A DNA stretch of 64,000 bases from Cycas panzhihuaensis. Its lineage: Eukaryota; Plantae; Cycadophyta. Location: positions 18,724,001 to 18,788,000 of the forward strand of contig CM041465.1 of assembly GCA_023213395.1 (NCBI GenBank). The letters run 5' to 3'. Below, one piece after another: positions 1-14,372 of the stretch. The notes below the pieces were generated by a model. The model worked only from the letters and a program-made list of their open reading frames with translations. It made no database searches and was not told where the DNA came from. Every line of letters begins with the position of its first letter. The first letter of the stretch is position 1. A program made the translations under genes and the position numbers.

Positions 1-1299
1 GATCAATGAGCTAAATAGTTGCAAATATAAATATATTAATCTTATGACCATATTAACCCATGACATGCTAGAAAATAATCGCATAATCTATTAATAGTAG
101 CAAATCTCTAAAATTGATATCCAAAAATTAAAAACATGCCATTTATGAATCTAAACTATTTTTAAGGAGTGTTAGGTGGGTTTTGAACTATCATAAATAT
201 ATGTGAAGCTTGGGACTGATCATCACCTTCTAATAACAAGTTGAATTTCTAATATCAAAATAAAATAGATGTTGAAAATTTTAATATTAGACAAAAAGGT
301 GATGAGATGTTATTATCATTGTTTGTTTTACTTTGAGGCCACCAAATAAGTATATATAACAAAGCAAGTAGGATCACCATGAGCCTTTGGAAATCAACAT
401 TAAAAAAAGGCTATATAAGATATTTGATATTGATGTTACTACCTATTAACGTATGAGGTATTATAATAAATATATAGATGGCCTTAGATGCTTCAAAATA
501 TAAATAAATGTATGATAGATGATATTATTGCTATTGTGAATGAGAGACACATTATTTATTTATTTATTTTTAAGGTAAATGATGAAAATTGAATTATATC
601 AGAAATGTTGAATAGAATTACATCCAATTACTAAAGACCTATAACCTAATCTCTCAAATTTAAAGCAATGAGAATAGAGATAAAAGGATTAGATAAAGCT
701 TTATACAATAACTTATAAAGAGAATCAAAGTGAGAGGAATGTTGAAGTCAAAGGCAAGTCTCCTTACAATTTTGGCCAAAGGCATAATTAAAAGCAAGGA
801 CCGAATCCTAAAAATAGGCCATATTACGAATTCTCTAAATTTTATACAGAGTAGTCTTAATGACAATGAACCAAAGATCTACAATATGGCAGCGAGTATC
901 TAGCCATTCATAAGTGAGAGACCAACTTGTTTTAATGATGAATTGAAAGATAGAAGCTTGTAGACTAAGGAGGATAGATAAGCCCTGATCAAAATAAAAA
1001 ATCTAAAAATTTGTAGCTCAAAGATCTTATGCTAAAGAGAAATACCACCATATATATTCAATAGTATCATCCTAATTACCACACATAAGACAAAGTGATT
1101 CTCTTTAAATGCGCTATCTCTTCTAAGTAGTTTGATGAATGAAAGCCTTATGAGATATACACTAGTGAGTGACATTATGCTTGGGTTGGGCTTTATTCCA
1201 CCAAATCTAGTCCCAATTATTGTCCATTGGGACTTTGAATTTCTACCAATGTAGATAGAAGTAGCAATCCAATGTAAATATACTTAAGATCAATAATCA

Positions 1300-1304
<5 letters not shown>

Positions 1305-1354
<50 letters not shown>

Positions 1355-1360
1355 ATATAT
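1305..1360. repeat. (AT)n microsatellite
   Basis: About 24 uninterrupted AT units followed by CTATATAT. Confidence 0.97.
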
Positions 1361-2959
1361 CTTAAGTATTTTTTTAAATGTATTATATATATTTTTGGGT
1401 ATTTATTATAATACCCATGTAGTTTACATACATAATAGGTTATACAACCATTATATGTATAGTTATAAGTTACCTTGAATATGTCTCAAAGGTAACTTTC
1501 ACTATATGTACATATTGTATCCATTAATTCTCAGTTGCTTTTATCTAAATTATATCTACCACTAATACAATTGTTATAAGAAGCTTTGTGGCATTATTAT
1601 CAAGGTTAGTGAAGCCATTCTAGATAAGGTATGTGGTTGCATTATTAATAGAGACCAGTCAACAATACTTAGTATGCCTACTGATTAGGTAGTTTAATTA
1701 CCCTTAAGGCTATCCACCCACTTATTAGTTATGGAAAATATTAGTATAATAGTCTATGTGGTACTACTTAACTTTATAGTAAGTTCATGCCAAACTTCAA
1801 AAAGTTATATTTACATGCACATTTCGTAAACATAGGATTCTTGTAGATATTTTTTACTAGGTATTACCTTGTAATGCCTACTTTGTTATGATATTATAGT
1901 TTTTATGCACATTGAATTTATTGGAATCACTCAAATTTAAATTTTTTTACTTGTAAAAATATCAACCTAATTGACAACTCATTTTACACTTAGGCTACAA
2001 GAAGTTGGTATGAAATTATGGTGGCCTTCATGCATCAACAATGATTAATCCCTCCCTTTTTCCTAGATGTTAATATCAACAAATTAGCATAATATAAGCT
2101 TTATGAATAAAAATCATAGAAAATAATTTTGTAATATTTGAAAGGTCATTTTCACTCTAACATGTAACATTATATTTTCTATGACAGTAAAAATCCACAC
2201 ATGTTGTGTCTTTCTCTGTTTAACTTGGAAGTTTTTGATTGCTTTGTGTTTTTTGAACTTTAAGCCTACTAAATTAATATCTATGGGATATGGGGCTTTA
2301 GATTATTAAGGCATTTAATTTTTAGTTCTTAATGTAGTGTAGTCATATGTTTGCTGGTTGAACTTTTAAATGATGTCTTATATTATTTTCATTTATCCTA
2401 GAATGGATAGATGGTTGCTTGGTAGATAATGTTACTACAATTGACATATTGTGTTCTAATTCCTAGAAGCACAAGCTACAATAAGCTAATTTGAATGGGA
2501 TTACAAATATTTCTTAGAAGGCACTTTTTTCCATTCTATAAAATGGAACTATAATTACGTGTACTTCCCAAGGTAATGCTTATCCTAGTTTTCAAATGGT
2601 GGTGACAATTATGTTGGGTACACTGGCACTATGGTATGATAGGAATGGAAATTACAACAATTGATTGGAATTACCATCCATAAAGCTTAGGGCGTACCCT
2701 ACTTTCCATTGTCTTATCATGTTGTGTTGTACATGTATTTACATAAAAAGACAAAAAGCCGTCAAATCTCACATTTCCAATGAAAACAACAAAAAAAAAA
2801 AAGAGGACTCAAATCTAGAGGAGTATCCAAAATGCCAAAAGGGGATTCCTTGGTGTGATAAAATCCCAGAACACTTATATGTGTTTGGATAACCTTAACC
2901 TTGTGTGGTCATGAAGTGTGGAATGAAGAGCTTGTATGAGTCTCCCAACAACCAATGTA

Positions 2960-3730
2960 GCCGAGAACACTTTGTCTGGTCATCTGCCTTTCAAACGCCT
3001 ACTACTCTCGCTTAGTCGCTCGATGAAGACTTACGGTGCTCTTTGATAAAATAAAATGAAAAGAAATGAACGACAGGTGATCACGGTCAAAAATATATTC
3101 GAAGGAATCATTGATTTAAAACCGTGTTTTCGGCGAGACGAAAGGAAGGAAAGTCCGAGAAATATTGAAAAAAAAAGAAAAAATATTCGAAAAGAGAAGC
3201 ATGCGGACTGAGCAAAGGACAGAACTGGCACAACCGTAGGGTTGGAGTAATGATTCATGATGATGATGCATGTGCTGCACCACCCCTCACCTCTCAGCAA
3301 AACCTTGCCTTTTACTCCGTTAATCAACCGCGCCGTTGCGCTTGGGTTCGGTAGTAAATGGTAAGAAATAAATAGTGAGGCACCCCTCGCAGGTAGCCGC
3401 CGAAATTATTGACCCCTCGCCCATGGCTCCTACTCTTCTTACATCAAATACAACACAAATGCTCCTCGCCGATTCTCAATATACCGCTCCTTATCGGATT
3501 TTGGGTTCCTTTTCCCCAACTTAGTATTTAACCCCGATTCCCCTGCCTGCCTAGTTCTACTCCTCTAGTCGGTTTTCGTGGGGAAATTAAAATTACATCA
3601 TCTCTTACGGTACTCTTCTAAAAGTACCCACCCCCCGCCACCACCTTCGCAAAACTCTCATATCAATGCGCTTCTTTGCATTCGTTCCGACGTGGGGACG
3701 TCCTCGCAAGTCGGCGATGCACCTTGCCAT
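2960..3730. promoter_or_regulatory. CpG-rich island, probably an unmethylated promoter or 5' region of a transcript
   Basis: Dense CG dinucleotides (e.g. CCGCGCCGTTGCG, CCGACGTGGGGACGTCCTCGC) against a CpG-depleted background. Minus-strand GAG|GTGAGG donor at 3290 and pyrimidine-rich ...TTTTATCAAAG| acceptor at 3041. ACGT-core motifs at ~3689-3702. Confidence 0.55.
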
Positions 3731-6700
3731 GGTACCACAAGTGGATTGTGATCAAAGGGATGTAATGCTATGTGGAGTGCATTGAATATGTCCAATGGAA
3801 TTAAAGCATTGTGACAAGGTGAATAGGTAACTTTCATAGTGTGGAGGTTGTTCCTTTGATGTAGTGCATTCCATCTACAACAATGTTGACTCTTGTGTGG
3901 ATAGGGAGATAATCATCAATTTTTTTATTTTAGTCACAATACATTGGCCCAAATATCCATTTTGCATTAGTTTTGTTGGCTATGCAATATGGTTCTCTAT
4001 CCTCAAAAAGTGAAATCCTTCTTCATTCAATTGACTTGCATGAGAGGATACTCAATTGCTAACTTTATAACAAAACTAAGGCGCATTTCCTATTTTAAAG
4101 GTAAATGTTTTACGTCATGGCCTTTAATTTCATTATTTTTGTCCTTAACCTTTTAAAATTGAGTTGGCTTTAGCTTTGGTATGTTGTTATGCACTTAGTT
4201 CCACTTTGAGTGAAGCCTTATGAAATATAAGCACTTTTTGTTGCTAACATCTAAGTTAATTTAAAGGACTAAAGGACTTACTCTTATTAGGTGGTTGTAT
4301 TATTTCAATTTTGAGTTGTGTTCACTTGTATGTAAGCACATTCTAAGTGTTCATATGTCCTTAAGTTTCTATTGTGGCCTTATGGTCACTTTACATTACA
4401 ATGTTTGTTATTGTATTATATGTAAACTATTATTCTTTGACTAAATGTGCTTCCAACCAATAGAAGTAACTTCTAATTTGAAAACAAACTAAGTGTTACT
4501 CTTATTAGAACCTTCATTCCTATTACTTACTTCTTTTTACTTATTAAATTAAAAGGAATCATGGTAAGATTAACTTGTTATAAGATATAACAAGCCCAAA
4601 TGTATAATTGTGTTAGTGTAAACTTGACAACAATTTTGCATGAATTAATTTTTGAACTAACAAATAAGGACATTAATTGCTAACGACATGAACTTCTATT
4701 ATTTTTTCTTTTTTATATTATGATTAAGGTTATTTCTCTTACTAGTAAGTAGTCTAAGCATAATATATATTAATTTCCATTGTACATCTAACATATATAT
4801 AACATTAAGGTCAAAAAATAAATAAAACTAAACTACAATGATGTTGAGTGGTTGAAATTCTTGCTTTAATCTTGTCCACTTAAAATATGCTTATGAGAAA
4901 TGAATTTAAGGAGAGCAATAAAAAACTATTGCAATATCATAAATTATATTACTACATTTAATCTTGAAAGGACATTCAATTTATAAGGATTTTTAATCCT
5001 TTAGGATTACTATTTAAATCTATAAAAATAAGCCATTAAATGCACACCATGAAATATATAACTAATTAATCAAGAATAAGTGCATTTAATTATATTATGA
5101 AATGAAAACCTCACTAATAGATAAGCGTGTAGGTCATGTATAGCCCTCATGGACTTACATTTAAACTACCGTCTTAAGCACAACTAATCTATAATCATCA
5201 TTAATTTTGCCAAAATTTTAAAATTAATTATTAGGTGTTAAATCATTTAACATCTAGTCCTAAGTCCTAAGCACATGTAAGAATGTAATCATTTTTATAA
5301 ACACCTCTCAAATAATTATCACAACTTATCAAGTTTGTAATATAACTATTATAAACATATTAATTAAATATAATCATATTAAAGTAACAAGCATATTTTG
5401 GGCACCCCAAAACAAAGCTCATTTACATTCATTAAATCCTTTGTCTATTATACATATAATGGGTGGTTTATTTTAATGACTTCTTTATTATTATAATTAG
5501 AATTTTCTTAACATCTATAAGTGTTGGGGTGACTTTTGGGATAAAATATCAAAAAAGACTCATCAAACATATAATGTACATTATACAATTAAAATTTATA
5601 GTTAATAATATTTACATTTAATTTTTCTTATGAATTTTTTTATTTTATAAGATTAAAATAATAATATGATAATAATGATTAATTATTACATCACTATACA
5701 TGCATGTGTACATGTTAGAATTTGGTCCAACATTTACATTGAACCATGAGAAATAAGCTAAGGGAAACCTTTGAAAATGTATGGGACTTAGACTTTGTGC
5801 AGGTGAATGCACAAGAATCAAGGAGAAGCATGTGGGCCATAAAACACAATATAAAATTCTTAAGAGATATAACACATTTTAATGTTGTAATAAAGATTTT
5901 ATGATTAATAACAATGACTACTAAAACATAATAGAAGTAGATGAAATAACTATTATATTGGCCATAACAAGCTTCCACATTAAGATAAGATCATTAATTT
6001 ACTCTATGTTCTACTCGCATGAATGTAGATAATTCTTTAACTAATAACCTTATATTAGGATCACTTGCTATTCTCATTAATCCCTTTTAACTCTTAGTGA
6101 TTATTTGAGTTTATTATTGTAAATAATAATGATAATAATTGCTTAGTTCAAGGCTCTAAGATTTGAAGCCCTTACCTTTCCTAATACCTAGGCATTTCCC
6201 TCAACTAATATTTTATTACCAATTCTTGAGTTCAAATCCGCATCCTTTACTCTTTTAAATTAAAAGTATTCTATATTTCTAGGTTCCATAGGTGAAAAAT
6301 ATATTGACATAAATAATTTCTATCTAACTTATTTATTAACATAATTTTATGTTGTAATTCAACTTGGAAACTTTATCTCCCTATAAAATAGATTTAATTA
6401 ATCTTATCATAGCATTGTGCTAAGGCCTAAATTATAAAAATAATATATTTATTAAACATTTTATATTCTAATTTACTTCAAGACTTAAGATTGTCATTAA
6501 TGAGATCATTATCAAGGTGAAGAGAAATTGGTTTAGAAGTAAAATTGAATAAAAAATAAGCCAATAATATTTACAAATTACACATTGTATATAACTCTAA
6601 CTTAATATTCATTATGCTTCACACATTGAATTCACCTTCTAAAAAAATAGTAAACTAAAAATGAATAGACATACATATTAAGACTTGTATAAATAATTGT

Positions 6701-6750
6701 ATTAATATTTAATTTATATTATTATATTCCTCCTTAACACATACATATCT

Positions 6751-6797
6751 TTATCTATCTATCTACACACACACACACATAGTGAGAGAGAGAGAGA
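6751..6797. repeat. compound (TATC)n(CA)n(GA)n microsatellite
   Basis: ttatctatctatctacacacacacacacatagtgagagagagagaga. Confidence 0.85.
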
Positions 6798-7897
6798 TAA
6801 TATAAATTTATATAACAGTCAGACTAATCTTTCTAACTATAATGTCTTAGTCCTAAGATATCTGAGTTTATTAAATTATACCCTCATAATAAAATTCAAT
6901 TAAAAGAAATCTATGAATGGAATATACTAAATTAGGGTTCATACCTTAGATTGTTTCACTCACTTTACCAAAATTCTCCCCCTCTATTATAATGTGCATA
7001 TTAAACATGGCAATGAAGGCTAAGGAATATTTATTATGTTAAATCATACGATAGGGTTTAATTTAGCCATATTTATAACATGGAATAAATGACAATGTAT
7101 TTTAGTATAGGTATTTATTTAAGTAGGATAAGGCTAAAAGAAAGATGAAATAGTTATGATGACTATTTTAAGGAGTAAAGGAACTCCATTTAACACCAAA
7201 ATAACTTCTAATAAATAAATGGAATATATAGGAAGCACTAGAATAGGCTTTAATAAATAGAAATATACTCAAAGAGAGAATCAATGGATGGAAGAATTCA
7301 TATACTTAGTAAGAGGAAGGAGATGCCAATGATTAATAATGATTATATCAAGAGGTAATAAAGAATGATGTGAATGCTAGGATACCCTTGCTTTAGTATT
7401 GCTATTTAACCTTATATTATATGAATATGGATTTTACTCTATGTTTATATAATTTGTCTAGACTATGATATGAATTATATGATTTTTTTTAAGAGAAACT
7501 TATATTATTTCATCTTCTTCTTTTATAAACCTATTATTATTTGTTTCAATTGGTTTTATGTTTATACAAATAGAATTAATAATCCTTTCTATCTACTCCT
7601 TTTTATCTTTTGTTTATCTTATATCCTTTATTATTCCTTATAATCCTTTCCTTTTAAGACCTCTTTACACTCTGGAATGAGTATAAACTACCATGTACAT
7701 ATTAATCAAAAATTAAAAAAAATATAAAATGATAAAAGAATGAAAAGAGAAAAAAAAATCTATAAAATCATTATATGTTTTCATGTATCATCACACTGAC
7801 GAATGTATATTATATTTAATTTATAAAAGGGAAATAAGGGGGGAAAGAGTTTAGAGTTAATCATCCATTGTACATAAGTTTTGAGGGAAAATGATCA

Positions 7898-7922
7898 ACA
7901 CACACATACACACACACACACA
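7898..7922. repeat. (CA)n microsatellite
   Basis: acacacacatacacacacacacaca. Confidence 0.85.
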
Positions 7923-7949
7923 AAAGAGCATAGTATATCTATCACTCAT

Positions 7950-9750
7950 ATGACTTATGGTACAACATCTACGGCTTATCTCCTTTGTATCCCCTTTATA
8001 CATATAAAATACACTCATCTCTGTGAACCCTAGTAAGATATCTCCTGTACTCCTTGCTCAATCCTTTCTCCTCTATTTGGAGTCAATCCATGTGTTGACT
8101 CTCTAAGTGGTGGAAGATGTCACCCCTTGTTGAACTATAATGCTCCTTGATGGAGTATCTCACACTCCTACTTATGCCAATATTGTCCTGCGTAAGTGAT
8201 TTCTCTCATCCTCTGCAGCCTTAAGCTCTGACTTCCAAAGTCTCAACTCTTTCCTTATGTCTAGAATATGTCTTAAGCTCACAAAGTATGACCAAACTAC
8301 TCAATCTAATGTCCCAATAGTGTGTAATCTATCATGTTCTATGCTGGAGCCTCTTTTTATGTAGGCACATAAGGGAATATCAAATCTAATATCCTCCTCA
8401 CCTCTGAGAGAGTCACACTCTCCTCACCTATCCATAGAAAACATATAAATCATGATTAGTCTCTTGTATAAAGGCTAAATAATAAAAAAGGATATAATTC
8501 AATGTGTTCAATACTAATTAACTAACATACTTGTTAGCTCACCACCACTCATTAGCTCTACTACCATCTCCTCCTCTAACTGTAAGACTTCCTCTCCTTG
8601 AGGTTCTTTAGGAGCTTCTTAGGTAGGTGCCCCCTCTCCTCCTCTACTCTTGCCTTCTCCTCTCCCTTGTTCATCTATTAAGCCTAGCTCCATGCTTTGT
8701 ATGGAGCCTTCTCTACCTCCACCTAGTACTCTACCTATCCTCTCTAGCACCTCTCTACTCCTTTCCTCTCCTTTGTTGGTCGATGCCTCCCCTCTCGAGT
8801 CTTGACCCATCTCATCATATATACCATCTCTACCTCTTCTACTTGCTCTCTCTCTTCCTCTCCCTCTCCCTACTCTAATAATAGGGACCTCTCCTACTGC
8901 TCCTCTCTTGACTGCATCATCCTCATCGTCACTTCATATAGGTAATCCCTCATATGGATCCTTAACTAGCTATCTCCTAGTCATCTTCTCAGTATAGGAC
9001 TATGTATACTCCTCGCCATGATGGCTATCTTATTATAGATTTAAGCTCTCATGTATAACCTATTCATTCTTGGATCCATAACTATCAGCTCTCCTAGTAC
9101 TCCTCCTAGCCTCATTAAGGGAATATGATCATATAACTAACACATTAAGATGGAGCTATAGGAGAATCCTCCTCTCCCTTACCTCTTAATCATCAATAAC
9201 TATAGGCACATATTATCTACTATGTATTACCCCTAGTCCATCAGGGCTTCATGTTCAAACCTCCTCACCACTCCTGCCCACTGAGTTAAAACCTCTATGA
9301 AGTTTTAGGTTCTACTAATATGAAATATGATGATGAGACCTATGATCCTCTATATAATAGGAATCACCTTTGCTATCTATATAGCCTTAATTTATATGCC
9401 ATGGGGACCAAGATGGTCAATAAAACTAGTTAGATACTAACTGTAGGTCTCTTGAGATTAATCATCAACTACCCTGCTGAGTTTAATCCTCTCCCCATAC
9501 CAACTCACTCCCAATATTCTCCCCACATCCCTCAAAGTAATTTGTATATCTTTGATCACCCAAACTCTAAAAACATTCCTCCCTAGAATTTAACAACTAA
9601 TAAAATCATATAACAACTCATATTCCATTACCAATTGGGTCGACCCACTCACTCTAGATAGACCACAAGCCCTCAATATGGCCTAATCTCCTTCATCTAG
9701 CTGATCAACTAGCTCTTTAATAAGGAATCCTTTGTTTTCTCATGCATTTA
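7950..9750 (-). pseudogene. degenerate retroelement accessory ORF with plant-mobile-domain (PMD)-like motif
   Basis: Minus-strand translation near 9480-9590 gives RNVFRVWVIKDIQITLRDVGRILGVSWYGE, resembling the PMD motif HTFHLP-GEMTITLxDVxxILGLPxxG. It is followed by a purine-rich region coding E/R/G-rich sequence (8600-8900). Many stops; boundaries approximate. Confidence 0.4.
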
Positions 9751-10416
9751 CTCACTTTAGAGGTTATATCATATAAAAATAATTGTGTTAGACTTTAATT
9801 TTCATTTTATGAAAGCTATTTTTTTTTTTCTTTTTAGAATAAAAAATGTAATGAGATAGTAAACAATAGAACTGTTTATTCAAAAATAGGATTACATAGT
9901 AAAAAATATAATTTTGTTATTAAAAACATAATTTTCCAATTTTACTAATATACTATCAAATTGTATTTTTGATAACAACATCATATTTTTGGTGCTATTC
10001 CTACATTTTTCACTTTGTGAAATCACGTTTTGGTCAAAAAATTTAGTTAAAAAAAAAAATTATAAAGGAAACTTACTATATACCTCTCTCCTCGTTGTAT
10101 CCTATCTATATCCATCTCTTGGAGCTAATCTTTCACTTGAATAGCCCTAGATCACCTCAAAAATCAACTAAAAAGGTCCTTTAGGTAGTTATTTTTCCAA
10201 CTACCTCATGTGAAAATGAAATCAAAATCACTTGTTTTTCTCTTAAAAAGAGAGGGCCCTTTTTCCTTTTCTTTTTAAGAAAAATTTTTCTTTCATTTAT
10301 TAGGCTTATTTAGGTGAATTTTATCCTTTCAAAGTTGTTATTCTTAGATAAAGCCCCTCTAAAATAGAAAATAATTTATCTTTTATCCATTAGGATTAAT
10401 TATTACCCTTAATATG

Positions 10417-10739
10417 TATTAGAATATGTGTACATACTAACTAATATAAATGGGGCCCTATTTATGTGCCTAATTATATGGAGACTATTCTTGAGTGGTG
10501 AGCCGACGGATGTAAATTGTATTGATATTATGGTACTTTAGATCTATAAATATAGATAAAAGTCCATCTTTTATAACAACATCATTTTGTCAATATGTGA
10601 TTAATATTATTTTTGCAGGTTTTCACTCGTAAGGGTTTCCCATAGTAATTTGGTATCCCATGTGATCTATTTCTACTTGATATCTGCGTGCTATGAAAGA
10701 TCTTAATGACCTTATTTGCTTCATTTATATTTCCCAACA
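10417..10739 (+). repeat. 5' LTR of the 10417-14683 element
   Basis: Direct repeat of 14373-14683; ends TTCCCAACA immediately before the PBS. Confidence 0.9.
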
Positions 10740-13700
10740 TGGTATCGGAGCTTGTAGGTCATACACAAGTAGACGATTATTATCAGATGATCTAATCGAT
10801 GGTGCCCGATCATGCTAGCTTGCCTTGAGTGGATTGGTGTATCTGATGACCCTCTACGGAGGTGCTGATGATTATTGGAAAATCTCAAGAGCCTTCTATC
10901 CTTGTTTGTAGGTATTCTGAGTTATATAGAGGTGCGTTGAAATGTTGTGACTTTATTGCCAACCATGTGGGCCTCGTTTAAGCCTACTAAAGGTGCCAGA
11001 TCCTTGTTTGATGATGCCACTGAGTTTATATACCCCAGAGATGTTTACTAACACTTTGTTACTAGTGGAGAGTGCAGAACCCTTGTAGAGCTAATTGTAG
11101 AGTAGTAAGTGATTATTATAGTTAATAATAAGGTATGCTCATTAGATATTCTCCCATTTAACTTTTTAGGATTTGAATATTATATTTTATTATTTGTACT
11201 TACATGCATAATATATTATATGATCACCTATATAATATAATATGATACATGTGTGTAATATATATTCGTCAGCTATTTTGTTGTATGGCTATTTATTAGG
11301 CTGCACTACATTAGTATATATTCACGATAATATATATTTTCCTATTGCCTATGATCTGATGTCACCTATGAATAATTTATAGCCTACATTGTAGTTTGAG
11401 TGTTATGTATTTGTCTACATGATTATTATATTCACACTACTATTTATCAATATTACGTCACCCCTGCATCTGTGATCTCTATGTGTATATATCCACCTCC
11501 GTTATGGTCTGTGTGTGATGCCTGTGATGATATATTCAACCGAAGATTTTTTTTGCCATTGATTTTATTTTATTATCATGTTATCACCTCTAGTTTTAAA
11601 TCTGCATGATGTATGTGTAATACACCTAATTGTGTGTGCATAAAAATCAGTGTTAACATCATTATAGACTCCTATTTATAATATTGAAGTCATCGTCGTT
11701 ATTTTTTTTCTACCTTGCATGTATATTATAATGTCACCTAACTATAAATATTTGCATAGCTAATACTTAATATAATCATTTATGTATTGAATAGTTGCCA
11801 TGCATGATGATATCATATGATCACTACATAAAACTATATTCTCTACCAATTATATTATGTACTCTCTCCACCTGGTTGATATATCATATATTTATGATCC
11901 TTTGAAGCATTTACCAGTTGATTCATCTCTGCATTTTGTTGGGATGTATAACATTATGAAATTGCTTATACATATTCTATATGGATTTGTATCGTAATTT
12001 TGATTGCCAGATGATAAATATTAATCTTTGATTAATAATTTAATATGTTGTAGTTGCAATTGTATTAATATGTCATACTACCATATATATCAAATCATAT
12101 CGGTGTATATATATTTTACGATTTGATATTGGAGTTGCCATTTTAATCTTTGATAAAGTCACCTTTTTATATAGTTCACTCGTGATAATATATTTAGATG
12201 CCATTTATTTTAAGTTGCCTTTGATATTATATATTTATGAATGATGAGCCTTTTTGGATCTTTATATTGGTGTTTTTTATATTAGTTTAAAGGTTATAAT
12301 GATACCTTTAAATATTCATTATCTCTTTTTTGAATAGTTTATTAACTTTATGGTATTAAGGTGATGTGGCTATTTAAGAGATAACTAAGGCTTGAAATTG
12401 ATCTATTGGACTAAGGCTTGCATGCCAATATATGAGGTGTTAATGTAAAAATGAGTGGTTACTTGGTGATATGATGAATAGTCCTTGTTACATACGATTG
12501 CATAACAAGGTTTAATGGGTGAAATGAGATGTGCTTGTAAGGTGTGTTGGTGATATGGTCTGTTCTCTACCATGTGATTTATATGGGAGAATAGGTTAGG
12601 TGTAAAGAGGCGATGTTTGATGCTCTTTGCATGTGGTTTTCATAAAAGAGCTTATGGGGAAAGAAGGGTGAGATGTGGTGCTTGTTGCATGTAAGATTGC
12701 ATGGCAAGCTAATTAGGTGTGTTTGAGGGCGAGTGAAAGGGAGAGAAGGGCAAGAGCTTGAGATACCTTAGTTGCATAATGAAGTAAACTCTGTTATTGT
12801 TTGAGTATGTCATAGATTATTACATGATATTTATGTGATCTATTTAATGAAAATGAGTGTGTTTTATTCATGATATATATTCGAGTTCTATTACATTAAA
12901 TGTATATGACATGATAAAGTTCAGAATTTACTTGTATGAAGTGGTTGTCAATTATGATGGACCATTATACTTAGTTGGTTGGACTAATGATAACATGAGG
13001 TTTATGGCCTATTTGATGCTGGTTCAACATGGGTGCATATCTGAACAAGTCTAATGTGGAATCGAGATAGAGTGTCTGATAAAATTTAAAAGTGTGAATA
13101 GAAAGGTCTAAGATGAGATACCTTAGAATCAATTATGTTTTTATCATGGTATGTACATTTGTCTTATAAGGTTGCATTATAGGTGAGTATCATGATGTAG
13201 ATGGTGAGGTTTGGTATATATTGTATTTGCCTCTCATGTTTTATTATTAGAAGCTATAATTGATAGGTATTTTGTGCCTTGTTGTATCTATTTATAGCAT
13301 ATTCCCCCTCTTGTTGTATTTGGACCAAGTTAAAAGCCTTCTGTTTATTTTCTTTGGTGCATTAGAGTGCACGCATCTTAGACGAAGATTACAATAGTAG
13401 GATTGCAAGAGTTTGAAGCCTATGGGTTGTTTAGCTTATAAACAATGTGATATATAGAGGAATACATTGTGATTAGTCTAGATGTTCATTTGATGAGTTA
13501 TTGATATATCATGTTGAGTTGCATTTGGTTATAGGTTTTATCCTTCATTACTTTACCTTTCTAAGTCGTTATTCAGCAAGTGTGGAGGTTTGTTTGCCTA
13601 ACATTGTGCTTGAGATGAAATCAGGACCTAGTAAACAATTGATGATGAGGAGCTATTAGATGATGAAATATGGATTGCGACCCATGTTTCATTGATGGTT

Positions 13701-14372
13701 GAAGACCTGTAGGATGATTGAAGATCATGGATCAACATGTCGATCAAATCTTAAGATAGATACCACATTCCAATAAGTATAGATTCATAATAGAGAACTG
13801 TATTAAAGCAAGAACTTGGTTAGTTTACAAATTGATAAGACTTGTTATGCATGATTTCTAGTAGGAAGAAGGATTAAGGTATGGGGAGACATTTTCACCA
13901 GTCTTTATGTTACTTTTGGTTCATTTGATCTTTACTTTAGCAGCTTTAGATAGTTAGGTATCATATCATATTATATAAATGAGATATCAATGTTCCTTAA
14001 TGGAGACTTAAAGAGGAGATACACATAGCTCAAGTGACTCTACCTCTTGGTTTAGTCAAAGGAATATGGCTAAGTTGTATGGACAGAGTGTCAGGTGTAG
14101 AGAGAGTTGTATGGTTGTAGGTCTATTGGAGCATTTCCAAAGAATTAAGCATATACGAGGCATAACACCATTGCATCTAAGTGAAGATCAAATAATAGAA
14201 GATGCAGGTTGAATATTGCCCAAGTGGAGATCGACTTATGGACGTGTTCACCAAGATCAAACTAAAGATCACTACATCAACATTCATACATATTAGGTTG
14301 GGTAAGGTTATCCTTAAGAGGGGATTTATTCCCATGATAACCTTATTACGCCACATTTACATTAAGATGGAA

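Noticed and set aside
3215-3280. Partial resemblance to miR172 and miR1311 sequences
   Set aside because: Only ~10-13 nt match and no complementary arm forming a precursor hairpin.
3031-3327. 98-aa minus-strand ORF
   Set aside because: Starts at TTG and runs through an intron-like T-rich tract (poly-F/L); no recognisable domain.
4840-5540. Possible solo LTR ending ...GGGCACCCCAAAACA
   Set aside because: No partner LTR, TSD, PBS or PPT could be identified.
8619-8878. Overlapping 63-aa and 83-aa ORFs
   Set aside because: Low-complexity CT-rich sequence, part of a degenerate TE accessory region; not independent genes.
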